Shown one piece after another: positions 11,501-20,825 of a DNA stretch of 64,000 nucleotides. Each line of letters begins with the position of its first letter. Positions within the stretch are counted from its first letter, which is position 1. The notes under the pieces were generated by a model. The model did no database searches, was not told the DNA's origin, and worked only from the letters and a program-made list of their open reading frames with translations. The translations under genes and the position numbers were made by a program. Origin of the DNA: a virus; IMG/VR virus record IMGVR_UViG_3300010354_000061, positions 14,848 to 78,847 of that record; one strand, written 5' to 3'.

Positions 11501-11994
11501 AATGCTTTAGCACCAGACGACACACCAACAATTTCTAACCCTCTAAACGTAAACGAACGATCGTTGGCTGCTAACTCCAAATAACGCGGAACAACATATT
11601 TGCCGTCTGATGGCTTTATTACATCATCTCCTGGATGATATATTGTAGCTTCTTCTCCATACAGCAATCGCATAACAAGCTTGACTGCCGCTTCTGATCC
11701 CTTGGATCTGTAAATGTCTAACGATTTTTTAACAATCGATTTTGTGTTAGCAAACGACGTTAGAGGAAAGTCAACAAGATATTTGTTTTTGAAGTGGATT
11801 AGAAAATCATCAATGGTTTTGTCGATATCGCGATAATCAATTAGTTTTCTAGAAATATAATTAACGTTGTCGGATTGCTCTAACCACTCATAATAAGCTT
11901 TTACAAATGCAATAAATCTCTCACCCTCGTCGTTGTAAAACGCAGGAAATTGTGTTTCAATTAATGAGGAAACTTTATCTGGCAAATTGCTCAT
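8560..11994 (-). CDS. Baseplate wedge protein, gp7-like
   Basis: QFPAF..FIAFVKAYYEWLE, YRSKGS, KPSDGKY; C-term IHDNNYYQEFSYEV..LHVAGTKYFG; lies between gp6 and gp8. Confidence 0.75.
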   Translation of the reverse strand: MSNLPDKVSSLIETQFPAFYNDEGERFIAFVKAYYEWLEQSDNVNYISRKLIDYRDIDKTIDDFLIHFKNKYLVDFPLTSFANTKSIVKKSLDIYRSKGSEAAVKLVMRLLYGEEATIYHPGDDVIKPSDGKYVVPRYLELAANDRSFTFRGLEIVGVSSGAKAFVDQVARRYYDGFPIDQVFLSNVRGNFSPGEIVTANGTVEGNPVVLGSLTSLEIVNESSDFVVGEEVKIISDLRGRHGKARITEIGFATGQIVFTIDDGGFGYVKRVRDGSGTILEAGSTVYIANNMFAISNTTNRVTKTFDASVDVANTADFITIPNPLTIKSFNALNDVSNTADTIAISNNPFVNGDVVVYTVDTGSTVLTNLAQKGDYYVVYANSSALALAHGPNGANINLTAGLNESGHTLTRTYANTEFINGDTVLYFTTRSNTAISGLSNNTVYYVVNANTTGFKLANTANGSALDLTSSSSSETHYLVGPQNRNLGQFKIREQVAQYKTNYYQSIGTLWGSGTPANGSLVIGGNATHDIANGYIVSTTSNNLILISDSNAFNNNASVVSLRASNSSGGNTFANTPWSANVNLTVYGFLTGVNTAYIGFHSITGNGNFVYYAANTGTPNNFVVGLTSNTVTQLGRKFFGSDANFAIGEVQTIDRVFIRTDMIGGNNAANVPYLSMRIDASNISPAGQYSFPKFPAGNSATIIDVCLAGTTVNVGSIAVLSETNRGEDYNIDPFVLVYEPRTAGYGKKDLLLNLESISKPFSVGEKLTISSGSITNVAITDGGSGFTNNDPVTFTNSPGVGAYAKVITHANGTISAVNVVSGGFGYTSDVNATIESSLGSSPATFGTITRTTNTSIVGEVRAFSYDSDTGIGTMNMKRLKFNLPVANGTPIVGFTTEAAAVVNSFTTATNTQPIGLNASITANTTVANGTIVGINVIDSGLGYQQDELVTIQPEGENRFVGVGRVNVERQGTGTGFFKNNQGFLNSDKYIHDNNYYQEFSYEVRTGISLDKYARVLKEVLHVAGTKYFGNVIKVIADIKEQSNVSQSAIALKRYFYSNSTSVDAALDFINLGNNQHANSSLIFANNDSCVYVREAGNTADIGLVNNYVYTVVLANTSGVKLANSTSNVDLSVSGNETGHSIIRFE

Positions 11995-13787
11995 TATGCG
12001 TAAATACCTCTTACAGAGACATGGATATCGGATTCACGTGTTTGAAGTATTTCATTTAGTGTTACAGTAATATCTTTATTTTTAGGGGTGGCATTAAATG
12101 CAACTCCTTCGCCACTATAACTTGCAATTCTCAAATTATCAATTGTAACAATCCCGGTGTTATAATTTACGGAACCAACAGGGAACGTCTTATCACCTAA
12201 AACAGCATTTAGTATACCAGCTTCATCATCTTGCAAATACACATTTCTGTAGAGACTGTTTTGATAAAATAGAGTGAAGCTATCGCTAACTACGCTCGTA
12301 ATTGGATTTGCAAACGAAATTGTTGTATTGAGGTTTTCGCGTGTTGCTGTTTGTTCAGGTGTTGGAACAAGATATCTAATCAGCTTAATTGACGTGTCGT
12401 TACTAATAATTCCGTCGTACGTATCATCAATAGCTGTCGTCAGCTTTGAGTAACGCAGTGTAACGTCAAAGTCATTAATATTCGTGTTACAAAATGTTTG
12501 AATAGTTGTCTTAACAGCTGCTTTAATATCTCCTTCAGCAGCTGTTGATGTATTAATATTATACACAATATTTGAAGAAACATCACAATACAGGAAGGAT
12601 GGGTTAATAAAGATAGGGTCAATTGTTAGCGGCATTTTTTCTTTAAGGAACTTACGGTATTTTTCAGCTAAAGTCGGGGGTATACCGTCTGCATTAAACA
12701 CATCAATTGCTACCATTACTTTACCAAACTGAGGAGGGTCATTCTCCTCACCACCATATGCATGAACAGAATCAATCTCTGGAAAGTTTGTTCTCAGCAA
12801 TGTTTCATAGTCACTTGTTGTAATTGCACGCTCTTGTGTCTGGAAATAGCGAGGAGCATTAAAGCGCACAGATTCGATTGTTTCTGCAGGAGCTCCTGAC
12901 TGAGCAGCTTCGAGAACTGCAATCGCTACTTGACCTCCCGAGTAAGAACCAGCTGTTCCGGCAATTGAATCATCAAGTCGAAAACTGTCTGCACCGTTTG
13001 GAGCACTTCCATTGGTAACTCTATACTCACAGGAAATTACAGCACCGTTTTTAGGTTTTTTACCTGTTACGTTGTTACCAAACACAATCTCGTATTGTTC
13101 GTTTTCTGCTCCTTGGACAAAGAACACCTTATCAGTAGCAGTTACATTAAAAAAGGAGGACGACAAAACATATGATTGAAGCTGTGTATTTCCATCTTCA
13201 ATTACTGAAACCTTGATGCTAGATGTGTCAAGATTTGGATTCGATAATACAAACCGCTGAGTTGGATTGCTGTCATCAACGACAAACGTGTCAGCAGCCG
13301 TAAATCCTTCATAGATCAAAACTGCATTGCTAAAAAACTGATTAAGTTGCGTATTTGCTGGGTTTAACCGTCTATCCATTACAATAGTTTGATCAGTTGT
13401 AAACACATAAGTGTTTGATCCAACAGTTGTTGTAAATGAAGTTCCTCTTCGAATTGTTAATGAATCTTCATAAACCGTTGGAGTAACAACAAGCCCCAAT
13501 GTAGCAACGGAGCTGATTGCTGAACGAGGAGTATAATTTAATTCCTTTGCATGACTTACAATACTATCACGCAACAACGCTGTATCCATAAACATTTCGT
13601 TGCCAATCATGTTCAGGTAAAACCCATTATGATATGTATTATAGGCAAGAATGTCTAAGAGAACGTTAATATTGGACGCTTCAAAATCAATATCTTGAAA
13701 TAATGCATTATTTCTAAGGTATTCTTTTAGGTTGTTTTTATACGTCGAAAAATCTAACGTAACTAAGTTTGTTGAAGTATTCGCCAT
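11994..13787 (-). CDS. Baseplate wedge subunit gp6
   Basis: LDF..K.NL, DFEASNINVLLDILAYNT, A.LRDSIVSHAKEL.Y.PRS, Q.RAIT..DY, GGEE..PPQFGKV. Confidence 0.92.
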   Translation of the reverse strand: MANTSTNLVTLDFSTYKNNLKEYLRNNALFQDIDFEASNINVLLDILAYNTYHNGFYLNMIGNEMFMDTALLRDSIVSHAKELNYTPRSAISSVATLGLVVTPTVYEDSLTIRRGTSFTTTVGSNTYVFTTDQTIVMDRRLNPANTQLNQFFSNAVLIYEGFTAADTFVVDDSNPTQRFVLSNPNLDTSSIKVSVIEDGNTQLQSYVLSSSFFNVTATDKVFFVQGAENEQYEIVFGNNVTGKKPKNGAVISCEYRVTNGSAPNGADSFRLDDSIAGTAGSYSGGQVAIAVLEAAQSGAPAETIESVRFNAPRYFQTQERAITTSDYETLLRTNFPEIDSVHAYGGEENDPPQFGKVMVAIDVFNADGIPPTLAEKYRKFLKEKMPLTIDPIFINPSFLYCDVSSNIVYNINTSTAAEGDIKAAVKTTIQTFCNTNINDFDVTLRYSKLTTAIDDTYDGIISNDTSIKLIRYLVPTPEQTATRENLNTTISFANPITSVVSDSFTLFYQNSLYRNVYLQDDEAGILNAVLGDKTFPVGSVNYNTGIVTIDNLRIASYSGEGVAFNATPKNKDITVTLNEILQTRESDIHVSVRGIYA

Positions 13788-13788
13788 T

Positions 13789-14277
13789 TTATCTTATTCT
13801 TTCAATAACGGTCGAAAAAACAATGCGTTTTTGAAGCGTTCCCAAAGTGTAAATTATTGTTACACTTACTGTGTTATCTTCGGACGTAGAACTAAACAAT
13901 GCAGTTCGTTCGTCGGCTGGGAACACGGTCGTTTGAGCTCCAGCATCAACTTGAACGCTTTCAACAGAAACTCTAGGCTCAAATGATATAATAGCGTCAC
14001 GTATCATCGTATTTAGCTGGTCCATTATAATAGGACTCATTGGTTCAAATAATAGCCGACGAACGTCTGTTCCAAAAGTTGGGTTGAAGAATCGTTCACC
14101 TTTTCCTGTAAGAAATAGATTTTTCAATGCTTCATTTACAGCATACTCATTGACGTGTCTTGCTAAATCATGTTTTTCAGGATGAACGTTAAAATTCTTA
14201 AAAAAGTCGGAATAAAGAACTTTTTCAGCTCGACGTTTAGCTTCTGTATTTCTATCGTATTGTTTAACTAACGCCAA
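13789..14277 (-). CDS. Baseplate wedge subunit gp25
   Basis: LKNLFLT.KGERFFNPTFG..V..LLFEP, FEPRV. Confidence 0.92.
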   Translation of the reverse strand: MALVKQYDRNTEAKRRAEKVLYSDFFKNFNVHPEKHDLARHVNEYAVNEALKNLFLTGKGERFFNPTFGTDVRRLLFEPMSPIIMDQLNTMIRDAIISFEPRVSVESVQVDAGAQTTVFPADERTALFSSTSEDNTVSVTIIYTLGTLQKRIVFSTVIERIR

Positions 14278-14278
14278 C

Positions 14279-14542
14279 TTATCCTCCTATAAACACATTG
14301 GATGATCCTGTGGCTTGATGGCCGCAAGATGCCTTGTGTCCTTTTCTGCAAACAGGTTTTCCGTTGCAGAATACGTTGCTTGACCCTTGAATCATCCTCG
14401 AATTGCTGTGATTAGCTCGACCATGGGACTGAACACGGTCTCCTTTTCGAACTAAACTTTTGCCATTAACAAAAACGTTACTCGATCCTTCAATGAGTTT
14501 TCCACCAGCACTATCTATCTGTTTTCTCGTAGCTCCTGACAT
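14279..14542 (-). CDS. PAAR spike tip protein (gp5.4-like)
   Basis: Three GSSNVF.NG repeats with His/Cys zinc ligands. Confidence 0.9.
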   Translation of the reverse strand: MSGATRKQIDSAGGKLIEGSSNVFVNGKSLVRKGDRVQSHGRANHSNSRMIQGSSNVFCNGKPVCRKGHKASCGHQATGSSNVFIGG

Positions 14543-16092
14543 TATGCGTCCACCCAGGTACCGGTTGTAGGACTTGTTTGCACAAATGTTTTTGTCTTGC
14601 CTGTAGTAGAATCACGCCACAAATCTCCAAACTTAGGATTTAATGGTGGGGTTGGAGAAGTTGTAGTAGTTGGAACATACTGTGATGCAGCTCTTACATC
14701 TGCTGCTTCTGCGGCTGCATTTTCAGCTTCCACAGTTGGATCAACATATCCACCATAATCTGGCCAATCGCAAGGACAACCATCATTAAACCATTCGTTA
14801 ATTGCTGTGACGTGTTCTGATACTTCCTTTACAAATTCGATAAATGGCTCTCGTTCTCCAAAAACCGCAAGATTTGTAAGAGGACCTTTTGCTGGTCTGT
14901 ACACGTTGCCATCCCAAATGTCAGGCCATTCAAGAAAAGGCACTGCTTCAGGATATCCCAGATCCTCTACTATTTGACCGCTTGGTAACTGAATTTTGAT
15001 TGTAGAAGGTTCATTTCCTTGAACATACGCTGCGCCATACCGGAAGGATTCAATACCTGCATAAGGATTACCCAGAGCACATATATCTACTCCATAACTA
15101 AATAAATCCCACGAAATTCTTACTGCGTTGTGAAGTGACCTTTTATCTGTAAGATTTGGTGAACTAAATCCTCTATAATATGTAGGTACTTGAATACATT
15201 CGGGCAGGCCCCACCCGTGGGTTACCTCATCTTGCGTATACCACGTTCCCGTTACAGGATCTATCATTTGTTGATTGTAGGGTTCTCTGCCCTCTGCCCA
15301 TATGCCTCTCATGTGGTTATAATTAAATCCTGAGTATATGCCAGGGTATGCGTTTCTCATCATCCAATCAATATAAAAATTATGAGAAAAACTATATTGT
15401 CCAAACGGTATACCAACATTTATTGGATAATCGGCAAGTTCTGGAAACTCCCCAAAGTTTGTTCGGCCGCTTAGTATACCAAGCCAGCGAGCTCCGTAAA
15501 CTGGAAATCCCATCAAACTAGTCAATATAAAAGACCTGTCTCCCCCGTAAGCATTAAACAGCGTTAATAGTCTATTGACGGTAGGAGCTGTTTCAAATTT
15601 TAAAAGGGACGGATGAACATAGGTGTTTGATATTGTATATGGTTTAAACGTTTCCCCATCAACAATTTTTATGGACCCGTTGGCAACTCCTTCGTTAATA
15701 TTTTGATTAAACGCATTCCTTCGACGCTCCTCCCACCACGTTCTCCGTCCTGAGCCTCCACCACCACGATATTTTTCATCGGGTACAGTACTTGGATCCC
15801 AGAACTGCCATTTCCACAAATCACCAGGAATATTTAAGTCTTGGGGAGGATTAATTTCTCCAGATGTTATAAAATCGTTGTAGGGTACTGGACCTGCCCC
15901 CGCAGTAACTTCTAGTCCACCAAAAGGATTAAAAAATTCTTTACCGTTTTCTAATTCATTAATAGCAGATTGAGTTAGACCTATACTTTTCAGTGTTTCG
16001 TGATCACCAACAGCCAGATAATCATTAATAATTTGGCCTATTAAATAAGGTTCTGCTGTATTAAAATTAAGATGTTTCCAGCCGTATGACAT
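14542..16092 (-). CDS. Hypothetical 516-aa protein between gp5 and PAAR
   Basis: Aromatic/Gly-rich body; C-terminal PTPP.NP..GDLW.DS..G module seen in phage tail proteins. Confidence 0.6.
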   Translation of the reverse strand: MSYGWKHLNFNTAEPYLIGQIINDYLAVGDHETLKSIGLTQSAINELENGKEFFNPFGGLEVTAGAGPVPYNDFITSGEINPPQDLNIPGDLWKWQFWDPSTVPDEKYRGGGGSGRRTWWEERRRNAFNQNINEGVANGSIKIVDGETFKPYTISNTYVHPSLLKFETAPTVNRLLTLFNAYGGDRSFILTSLMGFPVYGARWLGILSGRTNFGEFPELADYPINVGIPFGQYSFSHNFYIDWMMRNAYPGIYSGFNYNHMRGIWAEGREPYNQQMIDPVTGTWYTQDEVTHGWGLPECIQVPTYYRGFSSPNLTDKRSLHNAVRISWDLFSYGVDICALGNPYAGIESFRYGAAYVQGNEPSTIKIQLPSGQIVEDLGYPEAVPFLEWPDIWDGNVYRPAKGPLTNLAVFGEREPFIEFVKEVSEHVTAINEWFNDGCPCDWPDYGGYVDPTVEAENAAAEAADVRAASQYVPTTTTSPTPPLNPKFGDLWRDSTTGKTKTFVQTSPTTGTWVDA

Positions 16093-16098
16093 TATTAA

Positions 16099-17013
16099 TT
16101 AACCTCCATACCGAGAATTTCTTACATTTGGATTAACATAGCCAGCATACTTCGATTTACCCTTTACCGTAGGTCCTGGTGATGGATCGTCAGGTGCAAT
16201 CACTGACCCCACCCTATCAGGATTCAAATGAATTTGAGGAGCACTCATCACAATTCTTTTATCAGAGAGAAGATTCATTTCCCCCACTGACTTTATTGAA
16301 CAATCTCCCTCAACTCTTACTGTTGAGCTTCCCTTTATCAAAACAATTGATTTGCCCTTCACTTCTACAAAGCAATCTCCAGTAATGGACACATTATCAT
16401 TCTTAGCAACTACTGTATAATTATCTCCAACAATTTTATCCACACGATTTCCATCCTTGTCTATTTCAACGAACGTTCCTGTTCTGTGGTAAAGATGTAA
16501 TCGCTCTTGACCTTCTGTGTCGTCCATCTCAACAACATGGCCACGTTCTGTTCTATAAACTTTGTTGAACGGATATTTCGCACCGAATGCTGAAGGAGGC
16601 TCGGTAACGAGATCACCTGTTGCTCTACGACTATTTTTTGCGTCAAGAAGATCATTCTCTTCTCTAGCAAGCTTAGCAACATCATGCTTTGATGTATCGT
16701 TGTCTGGAATTCCAGCAAGAGAACCTAAGATCACTGGTAGCTGACCTTCGTTACCATCCATGAAGAATCCAAAAACAATTGATCCAACAATTACACCTAC
16801 AGGCGCAATACCAACTTGGTTAGAAGCAGCGCTGTAAGGTGGAGTCAGTATGGTTGCCCATGGAAGCTTATCGTTAGGAGTCTTGCCCTCATCGTCATGA
16901 AGACTGAAGATACGAACCTTGAGACGGCCAAGCTTAAGAGGGTCACTTTCCCTATCAACAACTTTTCCTATAAACCACCGAAAGCCATTTTCGCCAAGCG
17001 CTTTAGTCGTCAT
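16099..17013 (-). CDS. Baseplate hub/central spike gp5 (OB fold plus beta-helix, no lysozyme domain)
   Basis: WFIGKV..DPLKLGRLKVRI, LPWA, VFGFFMDG..GQLPVILG, YPFNKV..TERGHVVEMDDT.G.ERLH.YH.TGTF. Confidence 0.92.
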   Translation of the reverse strand: MTTKALGENGFRWFIGKVVDRESDPLKLGRLKVRIFSLHDDEGKTPNDKLPWATILTPPYSAASNQVGIAPVGVIVGSIVFGFFMDGNEGQLPVILGSLAGIPDNDTSKHDVAKLAREENDLLDAKNSRRATGDLVTEPPSAFGAKYPFNKVYRTERGHVVEMDDTEGQERLHLYHRTGTFVEIDKDGNRVDKIVGDNYTVVAKNDNVSITGDCFVEVKGKSIVLIKGSSTVRVEGDCSIKSVGEMNLLSDKRIVMSAPQIHLNPDRVGSVIAPDDPSPGPTVKGKSKYAGYVNPNVRNSRYGG

Positions 17014-18278
17014 TTTTTCTTTCCTATCTTTACTGCTTCAATGACCATATCGTATTCATCAAGAGAAAACATATGTCTCATCTTTGTTACCATGTAATTA
17101 CCAGAATATTTTAGATCAGGGGCAAATTCAAATTTATCAAGCTTTGCTGCGTCATCGCGAGACGGAATTTCAATATTAATTACGTCACCCAGTGCTACAG
17201 TCAAGTCTCCTGCAACCTTCAACACAATTGCTGTATCCCCAAACAATGCAGACGCTATTTCTTTATCTCCTGCATTCTCAACAATTGTTGGTTTCGTATC
17301 GACCGAGGAGGGTAAAAAAACGTAGTGACCAGCATCAGGGAACGTTTCATACAAATTATCTTTGTATAGAACTCCCTTGTCATCCGTCGTTAACGGAAGC
17401 TTTGCTGTTTTAACATCATATTTTTTTCGTTGATATTGTTTTGTTGTAATGTCGAACGAAAGAACATTGACAGCCATTGCACCACTAGTTAATTTCTCAA
17501 ACGTATTAAAACTTTTAACTATCTCATAATGCAAAATATTTTTATAGTGAAGGGGTTTAGAACCATCATCTTCAAAATCAGTTTCAATAGCAGTCTTTGT
17601 TGTATATGTAGTTATTGGTTTGCACGTCTTGCTGTTATTAACAATGTAATCAATTGTTGCGAAATTATATCCTGCATTGCTTTCGTAAAACAAATAAGGA
17701 GAGTTTGGGTATTGTTTGCTAACAGCGCGCTTACGAATCATGTCTATAGCCTTAAAGCTGTTGTACGTTGGTATTGTAAGTAAGACAGTATCTTTTGTCG
17801 GGTCGTCCTTCAAAAACGTTTTCTTTGAGGAGAGAAAATTTTTAACGATGTCTTCTACAATATTTTCAGCTTTATCATTGTAAGATTTTGTAACAAGTTT
17901 TTGTGTGTTTTTTAAGTGTTCAATACTGATCGCTCTAATTATGTAGGTTTGGCCAAGTTCCGTTGGGTTGCTGCCGCTATTCGTCACACTAACAATACCA
18001 AACTCATAATCTAAAACTTTATGTGTATTAACTGGGTCCTCAACAGTAACAACTATTGACTCGTCTCCTTCTGTTGCCAACCCTCCCTCTGTCAATTCCC
18101 AATCTTGAAGCAGGTTTCCAAAGTCGCGAATTAGAAATTCAGCGTAAATGGATGGTTTCATAATATCTTCAAAAATAGAAAGCATTACTAATTGAGGTCC
18201 AATCGGTTTTCTTATTCCCGTATTGTATTTTTTTAGGTAGAGTTTGGTAACTCTACCCTCTCTCGGAAAATTTTGCAT
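17010..18278 (-). CDS. Probable baseplate hub protein (gp27-like)
   Basis: SIFEDI..P, YLFYE..GYNF.TID, KYSGNYMVTKMRH; lies between gp53 and gp5. Confidence 0.6.
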   Translation of the reverse strand: MQNFPREGRVTKLYLKKYNTGIRKPIGPQLVMLSIFEDIMKPSIYAEFLIRDFGNLLQDWELTEGGLATEGDESIVVTVEDPVNTHKVLDYEFGIVSVTNSGSNPTELGQTYIIRAISIEHLKNTQKLVTKSYNDKAENIVEDIVKNFLSSKKTFLKDDPTKDTVLLTIPTYNSFKAIDMIRKRAVSKQYPNSPYLFYESNAGYNFATIDYIVNNSKTCKPITTYTTKTAIETDFEDDGSKPLHYKNILHYEIVKSFNTFEKLTSGAMAVNVLSFDITTKQYQRKKYDVKTAKLPLTTDDKGVLYKDNLYETFPDAGHYVFLPSSVDTKPTIVENAGDKEIASALFGDTAIVLKVAGDLTVALGDVINIEIPSRDDAAKLDKFEFAPDLKYSGNYMVTKMRHMFSLDEYDMVIEAVKIGKKK

Positions 18279-18280
18279 GT

Positions 18281-19222
18281 TTAAACTTTTAGTATTTGTC
18301 GCAGCTCATCGTTTATTACTGTTGTATATTCATCAGCAATTAAGGAAACGAGTTGACGAGACTCATTTATTTCAGTTTCTAAATCATAAAATGAGATAGG
18401 TTGCCAATAGCTGTACTCATCAATAGGAATTGATAAAGACACAACACTGCTCGATGACACACTCAGTGTTAAATCTTTACTTCTTACTGTCAATGTTCCT
18501 GATATACTTGTAGAACTGCCGTTGCTTGAGAAATAGTTTGTGTCTGTAATGTGTTTAATAAACATAGCACCATCGATAAGAGAAGCTACCTCTCCCTCGG
18601 CCACAAGAGTTCCTCCGCTACGTTTTTGTACAAGATCGCCGACAACGAGAGTGTTGTTTCCTGAAGCTTTTGTATATTCAACCTTTACAACAGCATTTGT
18701 ATCTGAGGTGATAGGAGCCTTTGTTATTTCATAATACGTAAACTGACTATAATCTCTGTTGTCCGATTCCTGTCTCCAAAGTGTTTCTTCTTGCTGAGGA
18801 GTTGTTAACGACCGCGTCCAATACTTTTTTTGAGCTGTTGTTAACGCGTTGTAGGCTGCCTTTGTAATTTTGGGCTTTGAGCGATTTACTCTATAATAGG
18901 CAGTTTTAGAAACAGCATTGTCGAGCGAACCATACTTTCCAATAATATAGTTATCAAGTGTTACCTGATCTTTGTACCACTCAAACAACGGATCTGTGTA
19001 GTTGTTTAATAAGTAAATAATCCAAGTGTAGAAAGGATCTCCATAGAAAGCTCCTGAGATAGTGTCTGGACGCTCTCCGGGTTTGACGAGATAACTATAG
19101 TAGCTCAATGCTTCTTTTTTGAATTCTTCTTTTGCACGAACCCGTTTTAGCAAATCAACAGCGTACGTATTGTTGTATGCTACTACAGGAAATTTTGAAA
19201 AATATTCTGAGCGTGAACTCAT
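18281..19222 (-). CDS. Baseplate wedge subunit gp53
   Basis: YFSKFP, Y.VKPGERPDTIS..FYGDP.Y.WII.L.N...DP..EW, YD.E..INES. Confidence 0.88.
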   Translation of the reverse strand: MSSRSEYFSKFPVVAYNNTYAVDLLKRVRAKEEFKKEALSYYSYLVKPGERPDTISGAFYGDPFYTWIIYLLNNYTDPLFEWYKDQVTLDNYIIGKYGSLDNAVSKTAYYRVNRSKPKITKAAYNALTTAQKKYWTRSLTTPQQEETLWRQESDNRDYSQFTYYEITKAPITSDTNAVVKVEYTKASGNNTLVVGDLVQKRSGGTLVAEGEVASLIDGAMFIKHITDTNYFSSNGSSTSISGTLTVRSKDLTLSVSSSSVVSLSIPIDEYSYWQPISFYDLETEINESRQLVSLIADEYTTVINDELRQILKV

Positions 19223-19256
19223 CTATTACTCCGTTGTACGATTGTTTCTAGCATGG

Positions 19257-20309
19257 TTAAGCTCCAGCATCCCTTAAGGCAGCATCAGAATCTGTCCCTG
19301 TTGGTAAAGATCTCTTATATTCGTTTTTAAAATCACTACGCGTAAGGATTTCTGTTTCTTGTAGTGCTAGAGAGACATCTATTTCAACAGGCTTACCGTC
19401 GTCTTTAAAAAATGATGGAACAGCACTTGGAGCGTAATTAACATTAAACGCTGTAATTACACATGGCTTAAATTGAAAAATATCATTACCTTTGACAACC
19501 ATTTTTGGAAACGCTCTGCATGGAAATGTCAAAAACAATTTTTCTTTTCCTGGGTGCATCGCATACTTAATTGTATTAATAATTTCATTCAACTTAATAC
19601 TATCCTCTTGTCTTTCAGGAGCAAAGCGCCAGGAGTATTGAAAGGACCTGAACGTATTACTTTGAAATAACAACGCAAATCCTGGATTTGGAGTTGATCC
19701 CGTGAACAAATCAGAGAAAGCTCCTCCTGTTGTAGGTAAGACAGCTCTCACACCAGCTCTAAGTAAAAAAGAAGGCAGGCTTCCTGTTACATTTTCTGCA
19801 AACTTACTTGCTTCTTCTCTTCTCCTGGAAGCTGCTGGATCCCCTTCCCCTCTCGCTTTTCCTTGAGATAGTGCGTTTGTTACATTTCCTGCAGTCCGCA
19901 AAAATTCAGGATCACCAAGTACAGGTCCAAACTGGGCACGGTTATATTCCATAGCAAAAGCTTCATTAATATTACTTGGTAATGGCAAGTAAATTGTTCC
20001 TAGCGGTGAGCCGTTTTTTCCGCCACCATCACTTGATGGTTTTTCATATTCTTTAAGCTCAAGCTTAAAATATGCTAAAGAATCTGGCAAATCACTTGGA
20101 TAAACAAGGCTAGAGGCCGAGCTCTCAACAAACCGCCTGTCAGCAAGCGGTTGTGTTAGTATTGGATCATTTTTAGTTCCAGACCTTAAACCGTTTCTTA
20201 ACGATGGAAATGCTCCGTTAAGAGCATTTGCTATACCTCTACCTACTGGGGAAAGAACATTTCCTAAACTTGATTTGGTGATGTCTCTTGCGGGGTTAAA
20301 CTCGGCCAT
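19257..20309 (-). CDS. Baseplate tail-tube cap gp48
   Basis: IYLPLP, NP...LLF....FRSF.Y.W.FAP, FKPCVIT...VNYAP, L.LQETEILT. Confidence 0.85.
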   Translation of the reverse strand: MAEFNPARDITKSSLGNVLSPVGRGIANALNGAFPSLRNGLRSGTKNDPILTQPLADRRFVESSASSLVYPSDLPDSLAYFKLELKEYEKPSSDGGGKNGSPLGTIYLPLPSNINEAFAMEYNRAQFGPVLGDPEFLRTAGNVTNALSQGKARGEGDPAASRRREEASKFAENVTGSLPSFLLRAGVRAVLPTTGGAFSDLFTGSTPNPGFALLFQSNTFRSFQYSWRFAPERQEDSIKLNEIINTIKYAMHPGKEKLFLTFPCRAFPKMVVKGNDIFQFKPCVITAFNVNYAPSAVPSFFKDDGKPVEIDVSLALQETEILTRSDFKNEYKRSLPTGTDSDAALRDAGA

Positions 20310-20340
20310 TAGAATAATACCTTGTTGTGTACTGTTTTTT

Positions 20341-20359
20341 TATTTATATTGACTAAATA
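20341..20359. promoter_or_regulatory. Divergent T4-type late promoters
   Basis: TATAAATA on - strand (20341-20348) before gp48; ACTAAATA on + strand (20352-20359) before gp4. Confidence 0.7.
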
Positions 20360-20384
20360 CAATTATTAACATATTGATATTTTT

Positions 20385-20825
20385 ATGTTTTACAAAGGAT
20401 TTTTCAAACCAAAGAATCCTACCAAATACAAAGGGGATCCAACAAATATTGTCTACAGATCGTCTTGGGAGCTTAAGTTAATGGTCTGGCTTGACACGCA
20501 TCCTGATGTTCTTCAGTGGGGTAGTGAGGAACTCGCAATTCCCTATAGGTCACCAATAGACAACAAAATACACCGTTATTTCCCGGATTTTTTTGTTCGC
20601 AAACGAAATCGTTCTGGACAAATAGAAAATGTGTTAATTGAGGTCAAACCTTATAATCAGACGATTCCACCCAAAGCCCAAACAAAAAGAACAAAAAGGT
20701 ATATTAATGAGGTATATACATGGGGAATCAATAGTTCAAAGTGGGAAGCTGCAAACGAATATTGCAAAGACAGAAACTGGAGATTTGTAGTAATGACAGA
20801 AAAGGATCTTGGAATAAATGGCTAA
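20385..20825 (+). CDS. Head completion nuclease gp4
   Basis: YKG.FKPKNP.KYKGDP.NIVYRSSWE, W.SEE..IPY.SP.D..IHRYFPDF, IEVKP. Confidence 0.93.
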   Translation: MFYKGFFKPKNPTKYKGDPTNIVYRSSWELKLMVWLDTHPDVLQWGSEELAIPYRSPIDNKIHRYFPDFFVRKRNRSGQIENVLIEVKPYNQTIPPKAQTKRTKRYINEVYTWGINSSKWEAANEYCKDRNWRFVVMTEKDLGING

